A stretch of DNA of 64,000 bases from an uncultured Desulfobacter sp. GTDB taxonomy: Bacteria; Desulfobacterota; Desulfobacteria; Desulfobacterales; Desulfobacteraceae. The translations under genes were made by a program, and so were the position numbers. This document shows positions 1-9,587 of this stretch, in pieces (position 1 is the stretch's first letter; each line of letters starts with the position of its first letter). The notes under the pieces are model-generated. The model ran no database searches, had not been told where the DNA came from, and saw nothing but the letters and a program-made list of their open reading frames with translations. The stretch spans positions 6,400,001 through 6,464,000 of the forward strand of contig OY762069.1 in assembly GCA_963665095.1 (NCBI GenBank). Reading direction: 5' to 3'.

Positions 1-1
1 T

Positions 2-286
2 GTGGCACAGACAATTGATGCGTTCAATAGCAGTGACAAGCTCGTTATTGCTGTGCCGCCGGAAGGTACGCGCTCAAAGGTTGATGCATGGAAAACAGGG
101 TTTTACTATATTGCCATGGGTGCCAATATACCAATCGCTCTGGCGTTTCTTGACTATAGAGATAAAGCCGGCGGATTCTTATCAACATTCTATCCAACTG
201 GTGACGCAGCAGGCGACATCGCTGACATCCGCTCCCGGTATATCGGAATTTCTGGAAAGTATGCAGATCAATGCGTAGTGAAATAA
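2..286 (+). CDS. 1-acyl-sn-glycerol-3-phosphate acyltransferase (PlsC-like) family protein, 5'-partial
   Basis: PEGTRS acyltransferase motif followed by WKTGFYYIA; the ORF runs off the window start. Confidence 0.8.
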   Translation: MAQTIDAFNSSDKLVIAVPPEGTRSKVDAWKTGFYYIAMGANIPIALAFLDYRDKAGGFLSTFYPTGDAAGDIADIRSRYIGISGKYADQCVVK

Positions 287-360
287 ACACCGTAAAATAA
301 ATTGCTGAATCGACCCTGGTTGAATATCTATTCTTAAAAATAGTTAACGTATACGATATG

Positions 361-372
361 GCAAACGTTTGC
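361..372. promoter_or_regulatory. LacI-family operator (perfect palindrome GCAAACGTTTGC)
   Basis: Palindrome with central CG, typical of LacI/PurR/GalR boxes, upstream of the LacI gene. Confidence 0.6.
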
Positions 373-517
373 GTTGTTTCTGTTTAGTTCGTATGCTAGT
401 GATTATATATCTTGATATCATATATATTTATAATTATAACAAATAGTTGTTTTTGGTATTGCCTGGTGTGCTCTGGGATGTAAAACACTTTCAATAAAAC
501 TATTTTACAAAAAGTGT

Positions 518-541
518 TTGACATTGCGCAAACGATTGCGT
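518..541 (+). promoter_or_regulatory. -35 hexamer TTGACA with a second LacI-type operator (GCGCAAACGATTGCGT) in the spacer
   Basis: TTGACA at 518-523, then a one-mismatch copy of the 361-372 palindrome; the -10 element is not clear. Confidence 0.55.
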
Positions 542-637
542 TACTTAGCAGGCTAAAGGTACAGGATCCATGTTTAAATCAATGTGCGTCTGTTTCTTGT
601 TAGACCGGAATAGTCGCCGGCAGACACAGGGGAACCA

Positions 638-1648
638 TTGCCGACCATCAGCGAAATAGCCAGGAAAGCCGGTGTATCCGTTTCAACGGTTTCGCGTGCC
701 CTGAATAACAAAAAAGGGGTCGGCCGGGAACTGCGGGATAAAATTGTTGGTATCGCCAATGATGTTAATTATTTCCCCCACTCTTCGGCAAGAGCCCTGG
801 TTCAAAAACGCATTGGCGTTATCGGGGTCGTGATTCCACGTACCAGTGAATTTGCCTTTCAAAATCCTTTCTATCCTAAAATCCTCATGGGAATCAGTTC
901 AACGGCCCAGTTAAGCGACTACCATCTGATGCTGAGCATTAACAAGAGGGACGATTATGTTTCCCTTTATTACAGAAAGCTTGTGGACGGTATTCTCGTT
1001 ATCGGGAACCGGATACATGCCTCTTATATGACTGAGCTGAATGAAAATGACATTCCTTGTGTTGTGGTTCCCGGATACCCTGAAGATTCCTGTTACAAAA
1101 TGCCAAGCGTCGCCTCGGACAGCTTTGCAAGTGTGCAGCGGGCGGTCAGCTATTTAATTCAGTTAGGTCACAGAAAAATCGCCTTTATCCTGGGTGAAAT
1201 GACCTCCATGTTTTCAATTGAACGGCTTGAGGCATATAAGGCCGCGTTTAAAGAGAACAAACTGTCCTATGATCCCATATATCTGGTGGAAAGTGATTTT
1301 TCCCAAAAGGACGGATTCCGCCTGATGGGTGAACTGCTTGACCTTGCCGATCCTCCCACCAGTGTGATCTGTATCAACGATAATGTCACACCCGGTGTGA
1401 TGCACCAGATCAAAAAAAGGGGCCTGAGTATACCCAATGACATATCCGTGGTGGCCATAGGTTCCTCTGATGTGCTTGATTTGTTTGAACCGCCGCTGAC
1501 TACCATTAAGACGCCTGTTATTGAGATCGGCCAGACAGCTGCCCAGATATTGATACAGTTGATTGAAACTGGTCATTGCAAACAAAAACACACGGCAATC
1601 CCTGCTGAACTGATCATCCGGGATTCTACCGGCGTTTGCGGCAGATAG
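638..1648 (+). CDS. LacI family transcriptional regulator
   Basis: N-terminal TISEIARKAGVSVSTVSRALN HTH; C-terminal PPLTTI sugar-binding domain; TTG start. Confidence 0.95.
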   Translation: MPTISEIARKAGVSVSTVSRALNNKKGVGRELRDKIVGIANDVNYFPHSSARALVQKRIGVIGVVIPRTSEFAFQNPFYPKILMGISSTAQLSDYHLMLSINKRDDYVSLYYRKLVDGILVIGNRIHASYMTELNENDIPCVVVPGYPEDSCYKMPSVASDSFASVQRAVSYLIQLGHRKIAFILGEMTSMFSIERLEAYKAAFKENKLSYDPIYLVESDFSQKDGFRLMGELLDLADPPTSVICINDNVTPGVMHQIKKRGLSIPNDISVVAIGSSDVLDLFEPPLTTIKTPVIEIGQTAAQILIQLIETGHCKQKHTAIPAELIIRDSTGVCGR

Positions 1649-1779
1649 ATAGTTCTTATCAAAATTTAGAATAATGGCCAAAGGCCGACCAGATAGGTAA
1701 TACAGCTCGCTTCAAAACAAATATTGAAACTCTTTTTCACGAAAGACTTTCTTATAAAAAAAGGAGGTAAGCTTACATC

Positions 1780-2637
1780 ATGGAATACGGAATACCGCCG
1801 GACAAGGTCATCATCACCGTTGCCCAGACCGGGGCAATCACCAATAAAAAATTAAGCCCCAATGTGCCGGAACAACCCCATGAAATCGCTGATTCAGCCT
1901 ATGCCTGTTTTAATGAAGGTGCGGCTCTCTGCCATATTCATGCAAGAGACCCTGAAGGAGAAAATTCTGCGGATATTGAGATCTTTAAAGATATCCACAC
2001 CCGTATTCGGGAAAAGTGCAACCTAATCATCCAGGACAGCACCGGCGGCGGCCCCAATCTGACCCAGGAGGAGCGAATCAACTGCCTGAAGGCCCAGCCT
2101 GAAATGGCGTCACTCAACATGGGTTCCCTTATGAGGGTGTCAGGCCCCTATAAAGGTATTGCCTGGTCCAACATGCCCCATGAAATTGACTATTACCTGG
2201 GGGAGATGGATAAAAGGGGCATCAAGCCGGAGATGGAAGTCTACAACCATGCCATGCTTCATGATGTGCGGCGGTTGATTAAGCAGGGCCTGGTGAAAAA
2301 GCCATATTGCATCAACATTGTGCTGGGCATGAAATACCAGGGTGCTGAACCGGGAACCCCGGAAACTTTTTATTCCATGGTTCAAAATTTGCCCCGGGAC
2401 AGCATTTTTAACTGCACAGGTGTTGGCCAGGCCCAGACGACCCTTGGGACCATGAGCCTGATCATGGGTGGCTGTGTCAGGGTTGGCCTGGAGGATAATA
2501 TCTATTTCCGAAAAGGTGAACTGGCCCAAAGCAATGCGCAACTGGTGGCCAGAATTGTTCGTATCGCCAGGGAACTGGGAAAAGAACCGGCTACACCGGA
2601 CGAGGCCAGGCAATTTTTAGGACTCTCACCCAGTTAA
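1780..2637 (+). CDS. 3-keto-5-aminohexanoate cleavage enzyme family (BKACE, DUF849)
   Basis: IITVAQTGA, Zn-binding HIHARD, STGGG, PEMASLNMGS, RVGLEDN, ATPDEAR motifs; AGGAGG RBS. Confidence 0.92.
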   Translation: MEYGIPPDKVIITVAQTGAITNKKLSPNVPEQPHEIADSAYACFNEGAALCHIHARDPEGENSADIEIFKDIHTRIREKCNLIIQDSTGGGPNLTQEERINCLKAQPEMASLNMGSLMRVSGPYKGIAWSNMPHEIDYYLGEMDKRGIKPEMEVYNHAMLHDVRRLIKQGLVKKPYCINIVLGMKYQGAEPGTPETFYSMVQNLPRDSIFNCTGVGQAQTTLGTMSLIMGGCVRVGLEDNIYFRKGELAQSNAQLVARIVRIARELGKEPATPDEARQFLGLSPS

Positions 2638-2656
2638 AACGTTAAAGGAGGGCACT

Positions 2657-3622
2657 GTGAAGCTAAATGATATTCAAAAAATCGGGATCATCGGCATGGG
2701 GACCATGGGCCCTGGTATTGCCCAGGTGATGGCTCAGAATGGTTGCGAAGTCACTGCCTATGATTTGAATAAAGAAAGTTATCCCCTGGCAGGACAGGTG
2801 ATCCAGAATAATCTAGAACTGTTAATTGAGGCAGGACAGGCAACACCCAAAGACAAGGATGACACCCTTGGCAAAATCCGCATGGTGGATTCACTGGAAC
2901 AGGCCATTCAAAACGCCCAAGTTGTCATAGAGGTGGTCAGCGAAAGTAAACCGGTCAAGACCGCTGTTTTTGAACAGATTGATCAGTTCGCCCGTCCGGA
3001 TGCCCTTATCTGGAGCAATACATCCTCCATGAATATTTTCGAGTTGACCATGCCGTCCCGTCTGTCTCAAACCATCATCGCGCACTGGTTTGCCCCGCCC
3101 CAGATCCTGCCGCTGGTGGAGGTAGTCAAAGGGCCTGAGACCCGGCAGGAGGTGGTGGACCTGACGCTTTCCTTTCTGGAGCTTCTTGGTAAGAAGCCGG
3201 TACTGATAAAAAATTATGTCCCTGGTTTTATTATAAACCGGCTCTTGAGAATACTGGGAAGGGAAACCTACTTTCTTCTGGATAACGGCTATATCTCTCC
3301 GGAAGATCTGGACATGGCGGTTAAAGCCAGTATCGCACCGCGGATGATGGTTCTGGGCTTAACTCAGCGGTATGATTTTACCGGACTGGACCTGACCTAT
3401 GCAAATCTTCAGAACAAGGATTTTATGGATGCCCCTGAAGATACACAGCCCGAGTTCATTGTTTCAAGGGTTAAGAAAAATCATCTGGGCGTTAAGACCG
3501 GAATCGGCGTCTACGATTACCGGGACAGGGATAAGGCCGATGTCATCAAGGACCGGGATCGTTATCTGCTCAAAGTTATTAACGATTTGAAATTCTGTAT
3601 TGACCAAAAACGGCTGCTGTAA
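2657..3622 (+). CDS. 3-hydroxyacyl-CoA dehydrogenase family protein (carnitine dehydrogenase / Hbd-like)
   Basis: GIIGMGTMGPGIA Rossmann fold, SNTSS, HWFAPP, LVEVV, GFIINRL. Confidence 0.9.
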   Translation: MKLNDIQKIGIIGMGTMGPGIAQVMAQNGCEVTAYDLNKESYPLAGQVIQNNLELLIEAGQATPKDKDDTLGKIRMVDSLEQAIQNAQVVIEVVSESKPVKTAVFEQIDQFARPDALIWSNTSSMNIFELTMPSRLSQTIIAHWFAPPQILPLVEVVKGPETRQEVVDLTLSFLELLGKKPVLIKNYVPGFIINRLLRILGRETYFLLDNGYISPEDLDMAVKASIAPRMMVLGLTQRYDFTGLDLTYANLQNKDFMDAPEDTQPEFIVSRVKKNHLGVKTGIGVYDYRDRDKADVIKDRDRYLLKVINDLKFCIDQKRLL

Positions 3623-3793
3623 GAAAGGGCATCCCCCACGGGTGCCGGTTTTAACAGACGGGTACCGTAAATTTTTAACGGAAGACAGACCTGATGAAAT
3701 GAACACAGGGTCCGTCGTAGGAAAAATGGGAGCGTAAGTGAAAGAAGCGGAATAATTTTTTAATCACTTGTCAATTAATTTGGGAGGGAAGTC

Positions 3794-4768
3794 ATGATGA
3801 ACAATCGGATTATGAGAATTTTTACTGGTAGTTTTTTTCTTCTATGTCTGGCATTTGCAACTTGCGCCTATGCCGGGTATCCGGAAAAACCCGTCAATCT
3901 AATGATCCCCTATGGTGGTGGCGGAACCACCGATGTCACCGCCCGTCTACTCGCCAATATCGCACAGGACGATTTTGCCAAACCCCTTGTTGTGGTGAAC
4001 AAGCCTGGCGGTGGTGGTGTGTTAATGCATGAGCTCCTTGCCCAGGCCAAACCTGACGGCTACACCCTGGGTGTGGTGGCAACAGGCGTCCTGACACGCA
4101 CCCCTTTCCTTCGCAAGGTTAAATATAATCCTGAAACAGATTTTACTTACATTATGCTTTTTGCCCTATGGCAGTATGGCCTGGTGGTAAAGGCTGACAG
4201 CCCGTGGAAAACCCTGGCGGAATTTATAGATTATGCCAAGCAAAACCCCGGTGCCGTGACCTATTCCACTGCCGGTACCGGATCCGCCCAGTATCTGGCC
4301 ATGGAATATCTGGCCCAGGCAGAAGGGATCAGATGGACCCACATTCCCTATAAAGGCGGCATCAATGCAGTCACTGCCGTGCTCGGGGGGCATGTGACCG
4401 CCTGTGCCCAGGCGGTTGAATGGAAACCCTATGTGGAGGACGGTCAGCTCAGGCTTCTGGCGGTGCTTGGCGGACAGCGCATTCCCAACTTTCCCGATGT
4501 TAAGACTCTCAAGGAGCTGGGATATGATTATGAAGTGGTCTCAGGGCCGGGGATCGCTGCTCCGGCGGGGTTGCCCAGCGATGTTGTGGATTATATAACC
4601 AAGGCATTTGCCAAAGCCAGCAAGGATCAGAAGTTTTTAGATTTATTGGAAAAACTGGATATGCTGCCCTACTATCTGGATAAGCCGCAATTCGAGGCCT
4701 ACATTAAAAAAGATATTCCCAAAAAGAAGAAACTGGTCGAAAGCCTCGGGCTCAGTTATCAAAAATAA
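3794..4768 (+). CDS. tctC: tripartite tricarboxylate transporter substrate-binding protein (TctC/Bug)
   Basis: Signal peptide, YPEKPV..PYGGGGTTDVTAR, NKPGGGG, PDGYTL, HIPYKGG. Confidence 0.93.
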   Translation: MMNNRIMRIFTGSFFLLCLAFATCAYAGYPEKPVNLMIPYGGGGTTDVTARLLANIAQDDFAKPLVVVNKPGGGGVLMHELLAQAKPDGYTLGVVATGVLTRTPFLRKVKYNPETDFTYIMLFALWQYGLVVKADSPWKTLAEFIDYAKQNPGAVTYSTAGTGSAQYLAMEYLAQAEGIRWTHIPYKGGINAVTAVLGGHVTACAQAVEWKPYVEDGQLRLLAVLGGQRIPNFPDVKTLKELGYDYEVVSGPGIAAPAGLPSDVVDYITKAFAKASKDQKFLDLLEKLDMLPYYLDKPQFEAYIKKDIPKKKKLVESLGLSYQK

Positions 4769-4842
4769 TTCGGTTGATATTATAAACGGCCGGGGTGCAG
4801 AGGTGCAATCCCGGCCTAATTCCAAAAAAGGAGTGCTGTTTT

Positions 4843-5319
4843 ATGGTGAAACTCAACCGAGATAGCATTGCGGGTCTGGTTCTGCTGACATTCTCTCTGA
4901 TTCTGGCGTTTTATCTGACACCAAATCATGTGGAAACTCATGGAAATGTGCCGGCCGCCCTCTCTCCAAGGCTGTTTTGCTACCTGACCTCCGGTCTTTT
5001 GGGAATTTTGTCCACGATGCTGATCGTCGTAAGTCTGAAAAACAGTGTCCTGACAAATACCGGTGAAAGCAGTTACAAATCATGGGAACCGATTACAAGA
5101 GGATTGATCTGCACCGCTGTTGCCTGTGCATATATTGCCATGTCCGACTCCATAGGCTTTTTTGTCAGTACTGCTTTGGCCATGGTCATTTTCCTTGTTT
5201 ACTTTGGTGTAAAGAAATGGTGGGGCATTTTATTGTTTCTGACCGTTCTGCTGGGCTTTATTTACCTGTTGTTTGTCCAGGCATTGAAGGTGGTGATGCC
5301 TGATGGCCTTTTATTTTAG
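4843..5319 (+). CDS. tctB: tripartite tricarboxylate transporter small membrane subunit TctB
   Basis: Four hydrophobic segments, between tctC and tctA; ATG at 4843 follows AAGGAG. Confidence 0.85.
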   Translation: MVKLNRDSIAGLVLLTFSLILAFYLTPNHVETHGNVPAALSPRLFCYLTSGLLGILSTMLIVVSLKNSVLTNTGESSYKSWEPITRGLICTAVACAYIAMSDSIGFFVSTALAMVIFLVYFGVKKWWGILLFLTVLLGFIYLLFVQALKVVMPDGLLF

Positions 5320-5348
5320 ACTAAACCGTTCTTCTTAGGAGAAACTCC

Positions 5349-6872
5349 ATGGACAATATTCTGGCCGCATTCAATATGTTTTTTCAATTACCTGTCATCG
5401 GTGGCGTATTCGGCGGCGTGTTTTTAGGGGTAATCCTTGGCTCTATACCGGGGCTGACTGCCACCATGGCCATTGCCCTGATTATTCCCATGACATTCAA
5501 CATGGACCCGGTAGTCTCGGTAAGCCTGCTGGTCGGAGCGTATAAAGGCGGCACCTATGGCGGCTCCATACCGGCCATTCTTCTTAATACCCCGGGAACA
5601 CCGGCTGCTGCTGCAACGGTCCTGGATGGAAATGAGATGGCCAAGCAGGGTAAAGGCCTCAAAGCACTGAAAATGGCAATTTACGCTTCAGTTATAGCGG
5701 ACAGTGCAAGCGATATTGTTTTGATCCTGGTGGCACCTCCCCTGGCCATGATTGCCCTGAAGATGGGGCCGCCTGAGATGGCCAGCCTTATCTTCCTGTC
5801 CCTTCTGATTATCACGGCCGTTGCCGGAGACTCTATGATTAAAGGGCTGATTGTCGGGGCACTTGGCCTTATTGTCGGGTTGATCGGGCTGGACTCCATC
5901 ACGGCTGTCCGGCGGTTTGGATTCGGTTTTGCCGAGCTGGATGAAGGCATCTCTTTAATACCCATGCTCATTGGTCTGTTTGCGGTCTCCGAGTTTTTAA
6001 TCAATACGGAGATCGTGTCAAAGGGTAAAGAAAAAGCAGTCCAGTTCTTTGCCAGTTCCACCCGAAAAGAGGATAATCAGGTGTCGGGCAAAGAGTTCAG
6101 GACCTGTCTGCCTATTATATTCACGGCTTCAGGCATCGGGACTATTCTGGGTGCTATTCCGGGGATCGGTCCTTCCATTGCCGCCTTTGCCGGATATGCC
6201 CAGGCAAAAAAAATGTCCAGGCATCCTGAAAAGTTCGGGAAAGGCGCCATTGAGGGGGTGGCCGCGGCCGAGGCCGGCAACAACGCCGTATGCGGAGCAA
6301 ACCTGATTCCGCTTCTGACCCTGGGCATCCCCGGAGACATCGGCGCAGCTGTTCTGCTTGGTGCCTTCATGATCCAGGGGCTTCATCCCGGTCCCATGCT
6401 GTTCAAACAGAATATCGTCACGGTGTATGCCATTTTCATGGCACTTTTGCTGGCCAATGTCTTTAACTTTCTTATCAGTATTTTTTATATCAGGATCGCC
6501 AGCAAGGTGGTGTTGATCCCCAAGAGTTATATTTTCCCAGCAGTTTTGGCTTTGTGTTTTTTTGGTGCCTACGGCTTTAACCAGAATCTTTTTGATGTCT
6601 GGGTGGCACTGATTTTTGGCGTATTAGGATATCTTCTGCGCCGCAACGGGTTTCCGGTGGCACCTTTGTTAATCGCCTTCATGCTTGAGCCCATTCTGGA
6701 AGGGGCATTCCGGCAAAGCCTGCTCATGTCCAACGGATCTTTAGGCATATTTTTTACACATCCGATTTCAGGGGCTCTGCTGGGACTGGCAATTATCGGT
6801 ATTGTGTGGTCTGTCATCAGCTCCTTTCGTAAATCCCGGACAAAGGATCTGTCCGGTGAGACGGCCCAGTGA
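5349..6872 (+). CDS. tctA: tripartite tricarboxylate transporter permease TctA
   Basis: GSIPGLTATMAIAL, YGGSIPAILLNTPGTP, EAGNNA..LIPLLTLGIPG. Confidence 0.95.
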   Translation: MDNILAAFNMFFQLPVIGGVFGGVFLGVILGSIPGLTATMAIALIIPMTFNMDPVVSVSLLVGAYKGGTYGGSIPAILLNTPGTPAAAATVLDGNEMAKQGKGLKALKMAIYASVIADSASDIVLILVAPPLAMIALKMGPPEMASLIFLSLLIITAVAGDSMIKGLIVGALGLIVGLIGLDSITAVRRFGFGFAELDEGISLIPMLIGLFAVSEFLINTEIVSKGKEKAVQFFASSTRKEDNQVSGKEFRTCLPIIFTASGIGTILGAIPGIGPSIAAFAGYAQAKKMSRHPEKFGKGAIEGVAAAEAGNNAVCGANLIPLLTLGIPGDIGAAVLLGAFMIQGLHPGPMLFKQNIVTVYAIFMALLLANVFNFLISIFYIRIASKVVLIPKSYIFPAVLALCFFGAYGFNQNLFDVWVALIFGVLGYLLRRNGFPVAPLLIAFMLEPILEGAFRQSLLMSNGSLGIFFTHPISGALLGLAIIGIVWSVISSFRKSRTKDLSGETAQ

Positions 6873-6921
6873 GTGTATATACTGTCGCATGAGTTTCTCT
6901 GGTTTATTTAAGCCGTGTCAT

Positions 6922-7689
6922 TTACTCCCTGGAAAACACCCAGGTCTCAGATGTCGAAAGATCGGGGTTGAATGCATAGCCATTGCCTGTAAATTTTTTT
7001 AAAAATTCAGGGTCAGTAATTTTTTCCTGAATAATGAAATTGGCCATCAGGCCTCTGGCCCGTTTGGCATGTATGGCGACGGCTTTAAAACCATTGCTCT
7101 TTTTTTCCTTGAACTGAATGTTCAGAAGGCCGGCTTTCAGACGTTTTCGCCGAATTACCTTGAAATACTCATTGGAGGCCAGGTTGACCAGAACGGAGGC
7201 GCCTTCTGATTCTTTCATCTCCCCGTTGATCTGTTGGGTAATCCGGTCTGACCAGAATTCATATAAGTTTTTTCCCCAGGGGCCGGAAAGCCGGGCTGCC
7301 ATCTCCAGACGATGGGGCTCTATCAGGTCTAAAGGGCGCAACATGCCGTAAAGACCTGATAATATCCTAAGATGGTTCTGGGCAAATTCAAACTCCTTGT
7401 CCCCGTAATCTTCGATGCCCAGTTCCTGAAATGCGTCACCCCTATACACCAGCATCGCCTGGCGGGCACCGTCACTGACTGGATTCCCGGAAAATTTCTG
7501 GTACCGCTGGTGAGTCAGCTCAGCTATTGGGGGACTGATCTTCATAAATTTTTCCAGGTCTGTCCGGGATAGTGGCTTCAATTGGGCTGCCAGTTCCCGG
7601 ACCTGGGGAAGGAAGCCGGCCGCAGTTTGAACCGGGTAGGATCTGCAATTAAAATCCATGGTTTTGGACGGTGAAATGATACTGAGCAT
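6922..7689 (-). CDS. yaaA: peroxide stress protein YaaA (UPF0246)
   Basis: MLSIISPSKTMDF, LRILSGLYGMLRPLD, LVNLASNEYFK, AKRARGLMA. Confidence 0.93.
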   Translation of the reverse strand: MLSIISPSKTMDFNCRSYPVQTAAGFLPQVRELAAQLKPLSRTDLEKFMKISPPIAELTHQRYQKFSGNPVSDGARQAMLVYRGDAFQELGIEDYGDKEFEFAQNHLRILSGLYGMLRPLDLIEPHRLEMAARLSGPWGKNLYEFWSDRITQQINGEMKESEGASVLVNLASNEYFKVIRRKRLKAGLLNIQFKEKKSNGFKAVAIHAKRARGLMANFIIQEKITDPEFLKKFTGNGYAFNPDLSTSETWVFSRE

Positions 7690-7846
7690 GGGGATTCTCC
7701 CTTGGGCAAAGCGCTTGTTTGGGCCCATTTCATAAAATAAAGTCTTTTATTTTAGCGGCTGCCATTCACCTGGCTTCAACGGTGTTCGACCCAGGTTCAA
7801 CAAAACCGCCATAAGCACCGAATATAGTGGTGATATGGAAACAAGA

Positions 7847-8180
7847 TTATATTTTTGTATTTGAAATATTTGATATCTCCTTCAATAAGTTTTCGACAGC
7901 TTTGGTGGGCAAGGCTGAAAAAATATCTTCCGCTATTTCATTAATACTTATAAGTGACTCCCCAAGCACTCTTTCGCCTGCCTCGGTAATTTTCACCAGG
8001 CTAACCCTGGCATCTCGATCGTTTTTTTCTTTTTTTATTAAGCCGATTCTTTCCATGGGCGCAAGCATGCGTGTTATACCGGATGCTGTAAGTCCGATAC
8101 TTTCTGCCAAATCTGCTCTTCGTGTCTGTTTTTCCTTTTGACTGAACAGGTTACGCATAACGAGAAACTTCGAATAGATA
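7847..8180 (-). pseudogene. MarR family regulator, probably N-terminally truncated
   Basis: RRADLAESIGLTASGITRMLAPMERIGLI..DARVSLVKITEAG winged helix is present, but the N-terminal helix region is occupied by the 3' end of the lipoprotein gene; the first in-frame ATG outside the overlap is at 8158. Confidence 0.6.
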
Positions 8181-9347
8181 TCATTCGTCAGCCCCGATAT
8201 AATTGGCTTCAAATTTGATGGCAATTCTGTCTCCTGTTGTAAAATCAACACCTGTCTCTTCGTCGAGGCTGATACCATAATCAATTTTTACTTCATTTGC
8301 ACTGATGACGGTGATGCTGGCGGCATACCGGTTCTCAGTATCATCGTTGCACAAGGCATCATTTGATCCTGTTTCACAGACCGTGAAGTCTGTAATATGG
8401 GTGTGTTCCGGGATAAAGTCACACCGCCACTCCCACAAACCGGCATCTCCCGAGTTATTCACTTTTTCAAATATTGCAGTGGGGTCAAATGAGATACTTG
8501 TGCCATCTGCATTAAACGCCACAGGTATCCCGGCTGTTGTTGTTGTAAAACGGTCAATAACAGCGGTAAAGCCATCTATCCTGGTTATGGTCAATACATA
8601 GGGGGTGCCGCATTCTCTGCAATCTCTGGTTGCGGCACATGCAGTGAAGTCTTGTCCTATGCATCCAATAAGAATCAGCTCTTTATTGGAGGGATCATTA
8701 ATATCTTCGTCCCCATCGATAATGCTGAAGTGGGGTTCACCTACAAAATATTCACCTTCCCAGTAAGTTGTTGCGTCACTGTCTTCGGTATCATCGGCAC
8801 TGGTTTCATCAACGGCTACAAGATATGTACTGAAGTGATCTGTTTGTGCTTCCACCAGGTTATCTTCAAAATTTCTGTTCAATACCGGGACATCTTCCCA
8901 CTCATCTGTTTGTTCGTTAAAGTATATGAGGGAGACATCTTGTTCACTGGCACTGCTCCCGTCAATGATACCATCGTTATCTGTGTCTGAATAAGGCAAG
9001 GAGATAGCAACCGATGTTTCAAATACAATTCCATCAGGTCCGAATTCAATTTGTTCACCAGCGGACTGGTAAGATTCAGGAAGATCAAAATTTGTATCAT
9101 TCACCCGTAATGATATCGTTTGTTCCTCACTTAAAGCACCTGAGGGGATGATGACTTTGGCACCATATATATTGCTTTGAAGATCGGTTACCTCTAAAAC
9201 ACCGCCTGTTTCATCAATTGCTGTGCTAAACGTGCTTTCCTGCGGATTATCCCCTTGGTCACCTGTATCGTCATCGCTATTACAGCTGCTGAGGAGAAGG
9301 AAACTCAGACTCATTGCAAATAAAATAAATAAATGTTTTGTTTCCAT
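8181..9347 (-). CDS. acidic lipoprotein with ZU5-like domain and Cys-rich C-terminal region
   Basis: Lipobox LLSSC; GGVLEV..AKVIIPSGAL..EFGPDGIVF..ISLPY..WEDV..QTDHFSTY matches ZU5-like beta-sandwich; DTDNDG calcium-type loop. Confidence 0.7.
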   Translation of the reverse strand: METKHLFILFAMSLSFLLLSSCNSDDDTGDQGDNPQESTFSTAIDETGGVLEVTDLQSNIYGAKVIIPSGALSEEQTISLRVNDTNFDLPESYQSAGEQIEFGPDGIVFETSVAISLPYSDTDNDGIIDGSSASEQDVSLIYFNEQTDEWEDVPVLNRNFEDNLVEAQTDHFSTYLVAVDETSADDTEDSDATTYWEGEYFVGEPHFSIIDGDEDINDPSNKELILIGCIGQDFTACAATRDCRECGTPYVLTITRIDGFTAVIDRFTTTTAGIPVAFNADGTSISFDPTAIFEKVNNSGDAGLWEWRCDFIPEHTHITDFTVCETGSNDALCNDDTENRYAASITVISANEVKIDYGISLDEETGVDFTTGDRIAIKFEANYIGADE

Positions 9348-9587
9348 CTTTCCCCCATTATCCATCGGTTAAACATATCTGTAACTTCTCAATTTGATGC
9401 AACGCTTTTCGATTATTTCTGTTTTTCATGTCTCAGGGACCTTCCCGCCTAGGAATTTAAATGGTCCAGTCAATTTATACAGAATTAACAAGTTAAGATT
9501 CAAACTGATTTATAATTAAGCCTCGCCTGTCAAAGAATTCAACCCCAACGGTAATAAATCAAGCGTTTATTCTACGGCTGTTTCCGC

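Noticed and set aside
3685..3730. Hammerhead ribozyme-like CTGATGA...GAAA in the hbd-tctC spacer
   Set aside because: No stem II pairing follows CTGATGA and stems I/III cannot be formed
7745..7815. Integron attC-like hairpin upstream of yaaA
   Set aside because: An imperfect hairpin exists but lacks matched RYYYAAC/GTTRRRY ends, and there is no integrase or cassette array
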